Source of the DNA: Carcharhinus amblyrhynchos
Taxonomy: Eukaryota
NCBI GenBank assembly: GCA_965287045.1
Contig: OZ336889.1
Coordinates: 19,282,001-19,346,000, forward strand
DNA length: 64,000 nucleotides
Direction of reading: 5' to 3'
Part shown: in pieces, positions 11,768 through 23,030 of the stretch
How positions within the stretch are numbered: the first letter of the stretch is position 1
How the letters are laid out: every line of letters begins with the position of its first letter
Translations under genes and position numbers: made by a program
Notes under the pieces: model-generated
What the model was told of the DNA's origin: nothing
What the model saw: the letters and a program-made list of their open reading frames with translations, nothing else
Databases searched by the model: none

Positions 11768-12221
11768 CAGTGATGGGTAACCTAGGCTAGTGAGTGGGCC
11801 GCATGAGTGGCCCTCCTTCATCTCAGTGGGCTACAGAATTGAAATCGGGCTTCTTCACTAACCATGACCCCATGAATAAGATTAAAGACATGAAATCAGC
11901 TCCAAATATTTCATAACAAATTGTAGAAAATGCTTAATCATTTACATATTAATAAAACAATTGTCGACTTTATATGGTTAAAAACAAAAGAAATATTTAC
12001 ATTTTGGACACAGAGGGAGCGCATGGCTCTCACAGTCAATGTTGTGCGTAATCACTTCTCTTGCTGTATGTGTGAATCACTTCAGTCATACCGACAGGAA
12101 AAAAAACAATCCGGATGGAAATCAGCAGAGTGTGGCAACCCTGCGCATGGGGAACGCTCAACAAAATGTCTCATGGGCCGTACTCGGAAGCCAGATGTGG
12201 CCCCCAGGCTCTTCGCTACTG
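11768..12221. mobile_element. hAT (Charlie-like) non-autonomous DNA transposon
   Basis: Left end CAGTGATGGGTAACCT with gggccgc subterminal motifs; degenerate right end gtggcccccagg...ctactg; no clear 8-bp TSD. Confidence 0.6.
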
Positions 12222-12612
12222 GTGGAGGTTGTAGGAGAAGTGAGATGAGCTGGGTTAAGATGAGATATAAGAGAAATTGGACAGGCAGTGCCAGGTTGAG
12301 GATGGTCCGGGAGCAAGTTAGGCATCGTGAGCAAGGGGAAAGTCATGGGGCAGAAAAAGCAGCTGAACAGATGCCCTTTGTGACAAGACGTGTACCTTAC
12401 ATTATTACACATGAGAGTGAATAGGACAGTGAAAGGATTTTAAGGAGATGGTTCATAGTCGTACAAAAACTGGGGCTAATGTTTGGTCTCAAGTGACCAA
12501 GAGTTTTGGACAGTTTTGACAAAGGAGGCTCATCGGTCGATGACTGATTGAGAGTCGTGGTGAGTTAGGTAGGGATTGAGGAGGAACAGAGAAGTGAGAA
12601 ATGAAAGATGAT

Positions 12613-12748
12613 GGGTGTGATCTTACCCACTGTTCACACCATGCTCCCACTGCAGCAAGGTCAGAGAATTTGGCAGCCAGCCAAATCTCCATTCACTGCA
12701 GCAGGATGGGAAAATCCCACCGGTCTGAATGGTATTAAGATTCTGGCT
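12613..12748. mobile_element. Short MITE (GGG..GAT(T)TT-ended, Harbinger-like family)
   Basis: gggtgtgatcttacc ... taagattctggc ends; internal ctccattcactgcagcagga resembles 35868 and 38864. Confidence 0.5.
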
Positions 12749-13344
12749 GGAGATGGTTAGATGACATGAAGTGGAAGAAGAAGTTGAACAAGAAAAAGAT
12801 ATTGTTTAGCAACCCATGCGTATTCACGTGACATTGGTTCTTGCGTTGCGATCCATCGCTCTTGGACGATCCTTCAATATATCCTGGATTTTTACTCACA
12901 GCCTACGGTGCATCATCTTCTGTTGGTTTTTGTTCCTGCTGTTTAATGTGAGGTCATGCCTTATACAGGTTAATAGTTTCTAGGATAGGTTGTCTTAGAA
13001 TGCCAATGAAAAATAAACTTGAGGAATGAATTGTTTAACAAGTCAGTACAGTGAAGATGGTTCCCTCTGTATATAGAGTCTGTCCGCTTGTTATTTTCTG
13101 TAGTTCGGCAGCAGTGAAAGGTTTTCTCTGTAGACTCCGATTACTGATGCTAAGGCAGACAGCAGCCAATGCTCCTGTTGTTGTGGAATGGAACCTGCTT
13201 AAAAGACAGCCTTCTGACATGTTACTCTGGGGTATAGTGTGTGAGCTCAGGCTCACACTGCACATGTGGTTCATTGAAGGTGATGCAGTTACAAATGATT
13301 ATAATGATAAATCTGACAAGTTTCTCAAGTTATGAAGTAATGCT

Positions 13345-13895
13345 GATTTGAATTGGTCTATTATCGTTACACGTATCGGGATATAGTGAAAAGTATTGTT
13401 TCAGTGACAGTATTGTTCAGTATGTTACAGTGCAGAAGGAGGCCCATCGAGACTGCACCAACAACAATCCCACCCCCGACCCTATCCCTACAACCACAGA
13501 CATTTACCCTGCTAATCCATCTAACCTATACATCTCAAGGCACTAAGGGGCAATTTAGCACAGCCAATCAACCTAACCCGCACATCTTTGGACTCTTTAG
13601 CATTGTGCACCCCTCCCTCCCCTACAAATTGTGTGGCTACTGTTTTCTGACCCTGGCCTTTCCACCAACACTCTTGCCCCCTTTGCAAATTCCCCTGCGC
13701 CGTATTTCCCCCCCTCCCCCACCCCCGCATCACCCCCTCTCTCTACCCCGAGACCCCCAAAGCCCATACTGTAACAGACAAAACATACCATTCATAAAGT
13801 ACATGGGGGGGGAGGGAAAGCAGAGAGTGCTGACTATTGTGTTGAAGTCACAGCTAGGGTGTAGAGAGAGATCAACTCAGTGTATGGTAGGTCCG
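13345..13895 (-). mobile_element. Rex1/Babar 3' UTR split by a ~360-bp insertion (13403-13769)
   Basis: tgatttg...atagtgaaaagtattgtttc resumes as cagacaaaacatacc...cagctagggtgtagagagagatcaac; collinear with the reverse complement of 8770-8950. Confidence 0.75.
13427..13592 (-). mobile_element. HE1-type V-SINE 3' half, tail A (part of inverted duplicate)
   Basis: tacagtgcagaaggaggcccat...cctaacccgcacatctttggac. Confidence 0.88.
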
Positions 13896-14074
13896 TTAAG
13901 AGATTTAAAAAGAGCATTATTAGAGAGTTTAAAACAGTTAGAGTTCAGTTTTAAGAGCACAGAACAAGAACAAAAGATCGAATTAGAGGGTGTACTGGGA
14001 ACAGCTTACAGAAAGTCACCGTGCTCTGGCATCATCTTGAATACAACACATGCTGAACAGGATTCCATTATTTG

Positions 14075-14175
14075 AGATAAAAACAGAAAACATTGGAAAT
14101 ACTCTGAATTTGGCAGCATCTGTGAAGAGAGAAACAGGGTTAACATTTCAGGTCTGCAATCCTTCAATTCAAATC
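14075..14175 (-). mobile_element. Penelope-like end fragment
   Basis: aaaacagaaaacattggaaatactc...ggcagcatctgtgaagagagaaacag is the reverse of 8970-9030. Confidence 0.65.
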
Positions 14176-14232
14176 TGAATGTCAGATTGACTCTGGAGAG
14201 AGTCACAACATTGTGTGTTCAAGCCTCAAACC

Positions 14233-15121
14233 AGGGCCAGGATTTTTCAGGTGGCAGAATTTCCCTTCTCGCTATCCAAGGAGTTGGCAGAGAACAGGCT
14301 GCCACTGTTACTGCCTGCCATAGAGTCAGACAGTGCAGAAAAGGCCTTTTGGCCCATTCAGTCTGTCTCCCACAGTCATTTAACCCTCCAGCTACTGGCC
14401 AGCCTGATTGGCCGGCTGCTCTAGCTCTGGCAGTGCCAGAAGTGGCCAGGATTGGGACCGGAAGCAGCTCCCAGTCCAGGATTTGTGGGTCTTGGGGCAG
14501 AGAGGGAGGTGATTGGGTGGGGGGGTGGGGGTGGGGGGGGGTGTGAAATGTGCGAAGGGGGGGGTGCAGGGCGTAGGGGAATGTGTGAAGGGGTAAGAGT
14601 GTTGGTGGAAAGGCCAGGGTCAGGAAACAGTAACCAGACAATTTGTAGGAGAGGGGAGGGTGTGCAAAGTTAAAGAGAGTCCAAGGATGTGCGGGTTAGG
14701 TTGATTGGTTGTGCTAAATTGCCCCTTAGTGCCTTGAGATGTGTAGGTTAGAGGGATTAACAGGGTAAATGTGTGGGGTCGTGGGGATAGGGTCTGGGGT
14801 AGGATTGTTGGTGCAGACTCAATGGGCCTCCTTCTGCACTATAGATTCTATGATTCCAGAAGCTCTTGATGGAGGCACCTCCACCCCTTTCTCATCTGAG
14901 GCCTGAGGAGGGTCACTTTTCAGGCTCCCCATTAGCCCTGAACTCCTGCCAGCCTGAAAAATCACCCATCGGGTCTTTAAGGATTTAAGGGCTTCAATTG
15001 GGTGAGGGCAGGCCAAGGCTTCAGCCCTCCCTGTAAATCGCGGAGAGGTTGGCGCAGGTGAGGACCCAGTGGGAAGGCATCCTGAAGAGGTTTGCATCCA
15101 CATAATGTAGAATTCTGTCCC
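14233..15121. mobile_element. MITE (Harbinger-like) carrying nested SINE/CR1 fragments
   Basis: Ends gggccaggattt ... agaattctgtccc form an imperfect TIR; internal ttaagggcttcaattgg motif shared with 36171 and 54618. Confidence 0.5.
14678..14855 (+). mobile_element. HE1-type V-SINE 3' half, tail A
   Basis: gtccaaggatgtgcgggttagg...gcctccttctgcactatagattctatga. Confidence 0.88.
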
Positions 15122-15182
15122 AGGAACTGAGTTCCTAACATAAGCTCTAACTTCACTGCAGCATTGAAGAGGCACTTCACTG

Positions 15183-15665
15183 TAATGGTGGATGGTAACA
15201 CAGTGAAGTTGCTACTGGATGTGTACTCCAGAGGACCAGGGCCAGGACCACTGATCAGGAGTCATGGGTTCAAATCCCAGCTTTACAGCTGGGGGGATTT
15301 AAATTCCATTAATCTGTAAATCTGGATTAAAATGCAAATCTCATTAAAGATCATGAAAATACTGGATTTTCTTCAAAACACACACAGTTTGTTAATATCC
15401 TTTGAGGGAGTAAATTTATCATTGTAAATGTGACAGCAGAGTCACAGCACTGCAGTTGACTTTTTGCTGCCTCTTGAAGTAACCAGTAACCACCCAGTCA
15501 CATCAAAGTGCAACAGCAGAATGCACTGAGAGTGTACCCACACCACACGGACTGCAGCAGTTTGAGAACACAGCTCAATAATTCTTTCTGAGGAATAAAA
15601 AGGGGATGGCTAATAAATGTTGGCCTTGCCAGTGATGCTCACGTGCCAAGAACGAATATTAAATA
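15183..15665 (+). mobile_element. SINE-C-related copy (old, longer tail)
   Basis: gggttcaaatcccagc head; tail taataaatgttggccttgccagtgatgctcac. Confidence 0.75.
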
Positions 15666-15667
15666 AA

Positions 15668-15815
15668 TCCTCCTGTCCTTCAGAAAAGATATTAAACTGA
15701 ATCTGACTGTTCTGCTGATTTAGATGTGGACTAATGACCCCAGGTTATACAAAGGTGAAGAGAAGGAAACCTGATGGTCCTAGCCAACATCTTTCACTCA
15801 GGCAAGATCATAGAG
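15668..15815 (+). mobile_element. Deu-domain SINE 5' part (appears to resume near 16535-16630)
   Basis: ccttcagaaaagatattaaactga...gaagagaagg...gtcctagccaacat. Confidence 0.5.
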
Positions 15816-15857
15816 ACCTGCTCGATTAACTCATCATTCTTTGAGGGGCACTTGCTT

Positions 15858-16532
15858 TTTAATTCATTCTTGGGCATGGGCCTCACTGGCTGGCCAGCAT
15901 TTATTGCCCATCCTTATTTGCCCTTGGAGGACAGTTGGGAGTCAACTACATCACTGTGGCTCTTGAGTCACATATAGGCCAGACCAGGTAAGGACAGCAG
16001 ATTTCCTTCCCTAAAGGACATTAGTGAACCAGATGGGTTTTTCCGATAATTGACGATGGTTTCATGGACGTCAGTAGATTCATACTTCCAGATTTTTTTT
16101 CTCATTGAATTCAAATTCCACTGTGGAGGGATTCAAACCCAAGTCCCCGGATCATGAGCTGAGTTTCTGGATTAATAGCCTTAGTGATAATATGACAGAA
16201 TCCGACAGTGCAGAAGGAGACTGCTTGGCCCATCGAATCTGCACTGACCACAATCCCACCCAGGCTCTATCCCCATAACCCCATGCATTTACCCTAGCAA
16301 GTCCCCCTGACACTAAGGGGCAAGTTAGCATGGCCAATCCACCTAACAGGCACATCTTTGGACTGTGGGAGGAAACCGGAGCACCCAGAGGAAACCCATG
16401 CAGACATGGGGAGAATTTGCAAACTCCAGACAGACAGTGACCCAAGCCAGGAATTGAACCCAGATCCCTGGTGCTGTGTGGCAGCAGTGCTAACCACTGT
16501 GCCATCGTGCCGCCACTAAACCAACGCCTCCC
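15858..16532 (-). mobile_element. SINE-C copy interrupted by an HE1 SINE
   Basis: Body 15858-16190, head remnant ccactaaaccaacgcctccc at 16513-16532. Confidence 0.88.
16196..16513 (-). mobile_element. HE1-type V-SINE, tail A, full length
   Basis: Complete head-to-tail motifs. Confidence 0.93.
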
Positions 16533-16761
16533 ACAAAGAATTATCTGATTGGTTTGCCTACAAAATAGCAGTTGCTACATTCCAAAATTGATCTTATGAA
16601 GTGTTCTGACATTTCAAGATGCTAAACACCTACAGCTTTTCTTATTTCTTCAACTGATCCTGTAATGATGTAGCAGTCTTGAGGTTGGAATTTTTTTTTG
16701 TCATTTGTAAGGGGTAGAGATTATTGTAATTAGATTTTTTGTTGGGAAGGATAACTTGGTT

Positions 16762-16868
16762 ATAAAAGCAAAATACCGCTGATGCGAAAATCTGAAATGA
16801 AAACAGAAAATGCTGGAAACACTCAGTGGGCCGGGTAATATTTGTGGAGAGTAGAAACAGAGTTAATG
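16762..16868 (-). mobile_element. Penelope-like end fragment
   Basis: aaagcaaaataccgctgatgc...aaaacagaaaatgctggaaacactcag. Confidence 0.7.
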
Positions 16869-17145
16869 GGTGGGATGTAGTGCCTCCGTGTGCCGTGGTG
16901 AATTTGATCGGAAGGTGGGGAAGCAGAGGTTCCGTTTATTAATCACCCTATCTGGGAAAGCTTAATGGTTCATGAGCAGAAGTTAGATTATGTAATCTTA
17001 CCCACAATGCACTGTCTGCTGAAGAAGTCATAATGTTAACTTGCTGTGAAAATATACAACGCCATCGAGTGAAATTCTTTACAGCTGCGCATCTTATGTT
17101 TCAAAATAGTTGACAGAAGATACAGTTGGAAATTTAAGATAAAAA

Positions 17146-17442
17146 CGGTGGCACAGTGGTTAGCATTGCTGCCTCACAGTGCCAGGGACCTGGGTTCAAT
17201 TCCAGCCTTGGGTCACTGTCTATGTGGAGCTTGCATGTTCTCCCTGTGTCTGCATGGGTTTCCTCCAGGTGATCCGGTTTCCTCCCACCATTGGAAAGAT
17301 GGACTGATTATGTGCATTGGCCATACTAAAATTCTCCCTCAGCGTACCCGAACAGGTGCCGGAGTGTGGTGACTAGACGATTTTCACAGTAACTTCATTG
17401 TGGTATTAATGTAAGCCTACTTCTGACACCAATAAATAAACT
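17146..17442 (+). mobile_element. HE1-type V-SINE, tail B, full length
   Basis: ggtggcacagtggttagcattgctgcctcacag...gggttcaattcc...ttttcacagtaacttcattg...gcctacttctgacaccaataaataaac. Confidence 0.93.
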
Positions 17443-17924
17443 TAGTAGGAAGTTGTCCCTTTAAATGTTCTTGGATTTCATATAAGGGGACATTAATGAC
17501 CATTCATAGCCAACTGCTCCTTTCTCTGGGGATTGACTGTATAGACTCTGTGGAGTCTATGTGTCAAAAGTAAACCAATAAAAAATAGAGCCTTGCCAGT
17601 TCTCGCGTGCTGGTGTTATCATGACTGTTAGAACTATTAGGACAGCCATGTGTTGGAGCATAGGGACTGAATGCTGCAGAGTCCATTCAACTGCTAGTTG
17701 ATGAATGGCTCTATCATGAACTGTAGCACCTTGATTTTAACAAAGGTCACGTGGGTCACATTAATCCTTCAAAGTCATGTGAGAACTGTTCATCTGTTAA
17801 GAGTACACTGGAAAGCTTTGCATTGTCATTGTTTTTCTCCATTTGCTGAAGCAGGTATGCATTTTGACCACAGGTAGTAATGGTTTGGGGGAATTCTGGA
17901 CAAGGCGTTGCTTATCTTTTAAAA

Positions 17925-18205
17925 AAGTAAAAGTTTATTTTTTTTAAAAGCTTATTTATTAGTCACAAATAAGGTTTACATTAACTCTGCAATGAAGTTA
18001 CTGTGAAATTTCCCCTAGTCACCACACCCTGGCGCCCATTCGGGTCAATGCATCAAATCAGCGCGTCTTTCGGATTCTGGGTGGAAAGCCACGCAGACAC
18101 GGGAAGAACATGCAAACTCCACAGACAGTGACCCAAGCCAGGAATTGAACCCAGGTCCCTGGCACTGTGAGGCAGCAGTCCTAACCACTGTACCACTGTG
18201 CCCCC
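17925..18205 (-). mobile_element. HE1-type V-SINE, tail B
   Basis: Reverse complement of the 17146 type. Confidence 0.9.
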
Positions 18206-18619
18206 CCTACATGGGTACGTGCAAGTTATTACATCAGGTGTTGCTACTAGCGCTCGTGTCGGGCAGCATCTGTTTAGGGAACTGCTGTGAACAGATTGTG
18301 AAATGGTTTTAGTGTGAAGCAAGTAACAGGTCTGCTGAGTCCCGGTAGAGGATAGTGGGATTGGGGAATTCAACAATGAAGGAAAGTATCTGGTTCTCCC
18401 AGATAGAGAGAGAGGCGGGTGTTTTTTGTAAAAGACACTAAGGTAATAAGTGAGAAAGAACAGATTTTATTCTGAAAAGTACTGATCATTTTATTAAGTA
18501 ACACTCCCACACATTTACACACCTTCCTAAAAATGTCCCCATATTTTAAAATGTAGGAAGTCACTGTGCACTAAGATGCAACTGGTTTGTGAGGCCACTG
18601 TTTGTAAGTTCATAAGATA

Positions 18620-18923
18620 TCATAGAATCATGACTGTACAGAAGGAGGCCATTTGGCCCATCGACTCTGTACTGACCAAATCCCATCCAGGCCCTATTCC
18701 TGTAACAGCACACGTTTACCCTGCTAATCTCCCATACAGTACAGTCAATTTAGCATGGCCAATCAACCTAACCCTCACATCTTTGGACTGTGGGAGGAAA
18801 CCGGAGCATCCGGAGGAAACACATGCAGACATGTGGCGAATGTGCAAACTCCATGCAGCGACCGAGGCTGGAATTGAACCTGGGTCCCTGGTGCTGTGAC
18901 GCAGCAGTGCTAACCACTGTGCC
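18620..18923 (-). mobile_element. HE1-type V-SINE, tail A
   Basis: catagaatc...gaaggaggccatttggcc...gcagcagtgctaaccactgtgcc. Confidence 0.92.
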
Positions 18924-18931
18924 GGCTGGTG

Positions 18932-19030
18932 TATAGGATCAGAATTAGGCCATTCGGCCCATTGAGTCCGCTCCGCCATTCGATGATGGCTGATATGCTC
19001 CTCATCACGATTTTCCTGCCTTCTCTGACA
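18932..19030 (-). mobile_element. CR1 3' tail fragment
   Basis: taggatcagaattaggccattcggcccattgagtccgctccgccattc. Confidence 0.8.
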
Positions 19031-20219
19031 TTTTTTCATTCATGTTTCAAATGGTTTTTAAAAACGTAAGCTTTATAGAAAAGCCACCGTTCACGTCTGC
19101 CATTTTTGATGTTGACAAGTAACCTGCAAATTCCACATGTACGTCATTGAATTAAAGATGGTGGAGAACCCACTTAAAATGTATTAGCTGACAGAACAAA
19201 TAACCCAACAGTATTCATTATAGAGGGATATTTATTCACTTCCCAAGCACGGTGCGCACAAAACCAAAGGAGACTGAAATCCAGGGAAATGACAGATTTT
19301 TCACTATTGCAATGTTTTCCCCAGTTCTGGATAAGCTGTCTGATGTAGCAGCTGTTATATTTGCTGTTTGTCACAACTGCTCTCCTGTGATAAGATGGAG
19401 ATTTTGCCTGTGATTCCCCGTAAAGTTTTGTTACTGTTTTCTGATGTGCCAAGCTGTTCCATCGCATCTGTGCATGTGCCCAGTAATGCAGAACAAATTG
19501 CTGAAATATGCCCTACCCATAGCGAAGAACAAAGCTAACCTGGCCAATTACAATCTTTTCCAAATCACCATCAAAGTGAAAGGAGGAGTCTTTGACAGTG
19601 CCAACCAGTGACACCGATAACTTACTCACTGGCACTCATGTCAGGTGCTGGTGGAACCTTTCATCTCCAGCCCTCAGCGCAACCCCGAGCCAGAGATGGA
19701 TATAAGGGGTGTTCATGTCAGAGGACAGATGTCCATGAGATTGCGGCAGCGTTTGATCCAGAGGGCTGAGTAAAACTGTGCTAGTCATGAATTAGGGCAA
19801 AATCTTACAGCACTAGATTCACAGCAGACACTGAGGACAATAGTTCGGGTGATCCGAAGTCAATTATTGTAGCACTCGGACTTTGTGCGACGGTGAGCTG
19901 AGGATTCCACACTGTTCAGCACTGTTCACAGTCTCTTTGAAGCTGTCAGCCCATTGCTCCATCTGGACAGTATCTAGGCTTGAGCTAATATGTACCAGGC
20001 ATTGACAATCTCAAACTAGATAAAATCCAGCTCATATCTCTGTGATCTTTACTTACATCACCGTTGCCAAATCCTCTCCTAATTACTTTGGGGTTGACCA
20101 GTGGCCAAAAGGTTTAGTGGGACTGGCTTTATCTACAGCGTGGCTACATTTGCAGGGCAGAGGCTTGGTAGAGAGTGGCTCATCTCTCAATCCGTTGTAT
20201 TTAACCACCATCTGCACAG

Positions 20220-20525
20220 CTTAAGTCAGGAATCGGCATGGGTACAGCCAAAACAACATGCAAGCAACTCAGAAATATCCAGGGCAGAATAGTTTGTTCC
20301 ATTGGTGTATCTGTCATTGAACTCAATATCTACCCACTCCATCACCAGCGCCAAATGGCTGCAATAACCATATTATCAACAGGTTGTATCTCACCAAGAG
20401 ATCCTGAGACCTCTACCAAAAGGGGCAAGAGTAGTGACATGGCTAGTTCCAGATTTTACTTCAAATCAGATCAGTATGGCATTCCTTCATTGCTGGTGGG
20501 ACAAAATCCTGGAAATCCATATCTG
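20220..20525 (+). mobile_element. Decayed CR1/L2-group LINE RT C-terminus (candidate SINE-C partner)
   Basis: ORF remnant TAKTTCKQLRNIQG...LNIYPLHHQR resembles the recalled AAPTTLKKLDTIQ...LNIHSLHHRR; related pieces at 50880-51620 and 60290-61110. Confidence 0.6.
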
Positions 20526-20527
20526 AG

Positions 20528-20835
20528 TAAAGTTTGTTTATTGGTTACAGATAGGCTTACATTAATGTTTGTTTATTGGTTACAGATAGGCTTACATTAA
20601 TGTTGCAATAAGGTTACTGTGAAAATCCCCTAGTCACCACACTCAATGGTCTGTTTGGGTACACTGAGGGAGAATTTAGCATGGCCAATGCACCCAACCA
20701 GCACGTCTTTGGAGTGTGGGAGGAAACCCATGCAGACACAGGGAGAAGGTGCAATCTCCACACAGACGGTGACCCAAGCCGGGAACCAAACCCGGGTCCC
20801 TGGCGCTGAGAGGCAGTAGTGCTGCCCCCAAACCA
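20528..20835 (-). mobile_element. HE1-type V-SINE, tail B, with a 35-bp tandem duplication in the tail
   Basis: Family motifs; duplication at 20532-20604. Confidence 0.9.
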
Positions 20836-21761
20836 TTGCTGGATCACTACACGGATGTGCTGCAGTTCACTAAGACTCATTACCCTCACCAGCCAGTAGG
20901 TACAGGCGACATCACAACCATACCGAGCGTTCACATTAAGGTGATTTCTTAAAGGAAAAGGGGGGACCCAGATCGCAAGTCCAAGCGACTAAAATGGGAC
21001 TGGGGCTGAAGGAGGAAGTTGCTCTGTTTGGAATTGAGGCCAGTTTAATTCCAGGATCCTTTCAAAATGAAATGTGTATAAGATTTTAAGTTCACCTTTA
21101 ATTTTAAGCAAATGCTGTCGAGGACATCTATGAATCTTGCGTGACGAGTGAGCGGGTTGATTAAGGTGGATGTTGGTGACATGTTTAATGCTGCATAATT
21201 TTCATCATTCCGTCTCCACCTTTGCAAAGATTCGAGACATTTCTTCCAACATGTTTTCGGGAAAAGGTGGCAGACAGAATTTGAAACCTTTTCATTTTTT
21301 TTCTTACAGATCTGATGCGGCTCGTGAGCAATAGCCATCTGTTTCCCAATATGTTGCTGTTTATAAGAACTGATGTGATGTTATTTCATACCGCCCCCAC
21401 CCCTTTCCCCCAAATCCTATTTCCACCTTCCGCTGGTCAACATGAATCGCTGAGTTGCCATGTGTTGCTGACCACCGTGGTTGCTTGAAGCATTCTGTAA
21501 TATTTCACTGTCAATAAATCAAAGCAGCTGGATTTATTACAGGAACAATGAGCTGTTTTGCCACCAGTCTTAAAAGGGCATTCATTCCTTTGAAGATATA
21601 AATTTAACACTGAAAAGAGTACTGTTTCCCAACATGCCACGGTAGTCTATAGTTTCTGATTGTTTTTATCCCTTTCTCTGAGTATTTGAAAACTCCCTTC
21701 TTCCATTTTGCCACCTCCTAACCCCTGTGGTACAATTTCCTCTCTTGGTCTTGTTGCTGCC

Positions 21762-21958
21762 ATCAGACTTTTCTGAATGGGCCTACCTTGCATTAAGTTG
21801 ATCTTTTGCTATTCACTAGCTATGACTCTATCACTACATTCTGCACTCTCTCCCTTCCTTCTCTATGTACGGCATGCTTTGTCTGTATAGTGCACAAGAA
21901 ACAAAACTTTTCACTGTATGCTAATACACGTGACAATCATAAATCAAATCAAACCAAA
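21762..21958 (+). mobile_element. Rex1/Babar 3' UTR
   Basis: Collinear with 8760-8950; ends gtgacaatcataaatcaaatcaaa. Confidence 0.88.

Positions 21959-21961
<3 letters not shown>

Positions 21962-21994
<33 letters not shown>
21962..21994. repeat. (CT)n microsatellite
   Basis: About 16 perfect CT units. Confidence 0.97.
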
Positions 21995-21995
<1 letters not shown>

Positions 21996-22159
21996 ACCTT
22001 TCCACACCCTGACAGTATATAAGTCGGACTTTCTTCTGATTCTGTAGATAATTATTCCTGAGAAAGGTTGCTTGTCTGTCACCAGGGGCTCGTAGCTTGA
22101 GGGACATTACGCCACATCGGGCATAGCCAAACTTATGCTTACTCGTACACAGAAAACTA

Positions 22160-22343
22160 TGGGGCAACTTAGCATGCCCAATCCACCTAATATGCATGTT
22201 AGGGAAGAAACTGGAGCACCTGGAGGAAACTCATACAGACCTGAGGAAAATGTGCAAATTCCACACACAGTGTCACCCAAGGCTGGAATTGAACTTGGGT
22301 CCCTGGTGGCATGAGGCAGCAGTGCTAACCACTGTGCCACCAT
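22160..22343 (-). mobile_element. HE1-type V-SINE 5' part
   Basis: Head and V-domain motifs; tail missing. Confidence 0.88.
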
Positions 22344-22534
22344 GGCACAATCTGCAGCCCACATATGCAAGTGAATGACCTTTCCATCACAGAAACTGGT
22401 CTCTGAAAAGTTGCCTAGTACAGAGGAATTTGTATTTTTTGAACACTGCTTTATATTGTTTTTTTTCTGTTGCATGATAGTGAACTTCACTGATTAATTT
22501 TCGAGCTTATTGCCTGCTGTGACGCAGAGCAAAA

Positions 22535-22835
22535 TACACCAGGAAGGACTGAGGCTCGATCCCCTTTCTGTGCTGATCTCGGTCGGACCAGCCATGTTAG
22601 AATTAACTTCCTGCATTAGGAAAGGAAGATCAGAATTCCTCCTCCTGGTTGCTGTCCAGTGATTCCTGCTGGCATTCGCATAACTGGTTAAAAATAGGAT
22701 GGGGCTGTGATGCTTCCCACAGTCAAATGTACAGAGTCAAGTTCACGTGCAGAAAGTGGGCACTTATATTAGTGTTGGATGGATGTCACCATCTGTCCAG
22801 CTAAAGCACAGCTCCTGCCTTCAGTAAAGGAGTGA
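22535..22835 (+). mobile_element. Old tRNA-SINE, AmnSINE2-like
   Basis: ccaggaagg...gatcccc..tctgtgctgatctc...ctcctggttgctgtccagtgattcctgctgg...ggctgtgatgc. Confidence 0.6.
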
Positions 22836-22844
22836 TGATTCAGG

Positions 22845-23030
22845 AAGTAGTTAATGCCAAAACATTGAATGTATTCAAGAAGCAGCTGGATATAGCACTT
22901 GGGGTGAATGGGATCAAAGGTTATGGGGATAAAGCAAGATTAGGCTACTGAGTTGGGTGATCAGTCATGATCATAGTAATGGTGGAGCAGGCTCGAGGGG
23001 CCAGATGGCCTCCTCCTGCTCCTATGTTTC
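22845..23030 (+). mobile_element. CR1 3' end
   Basis: gggatcaaaggttatgggga...ggtggagcaggctcgagggggccagatggcctcctcctgctccta. Confidence 0.88.

Noticed and set aside
13353-14075. Longest ORF (240 aa)
   Set aside because: It runs through a Rex1 UTR, a SINE and a C-rich tract, with no domain-like sequence.
17146-17215. tRNA-like sequences with A and B boxes (many copies)
   Set aside because: These are SINE heads followed by V-domain and tail; I saw no standalone cloverleaf tRNA gene.
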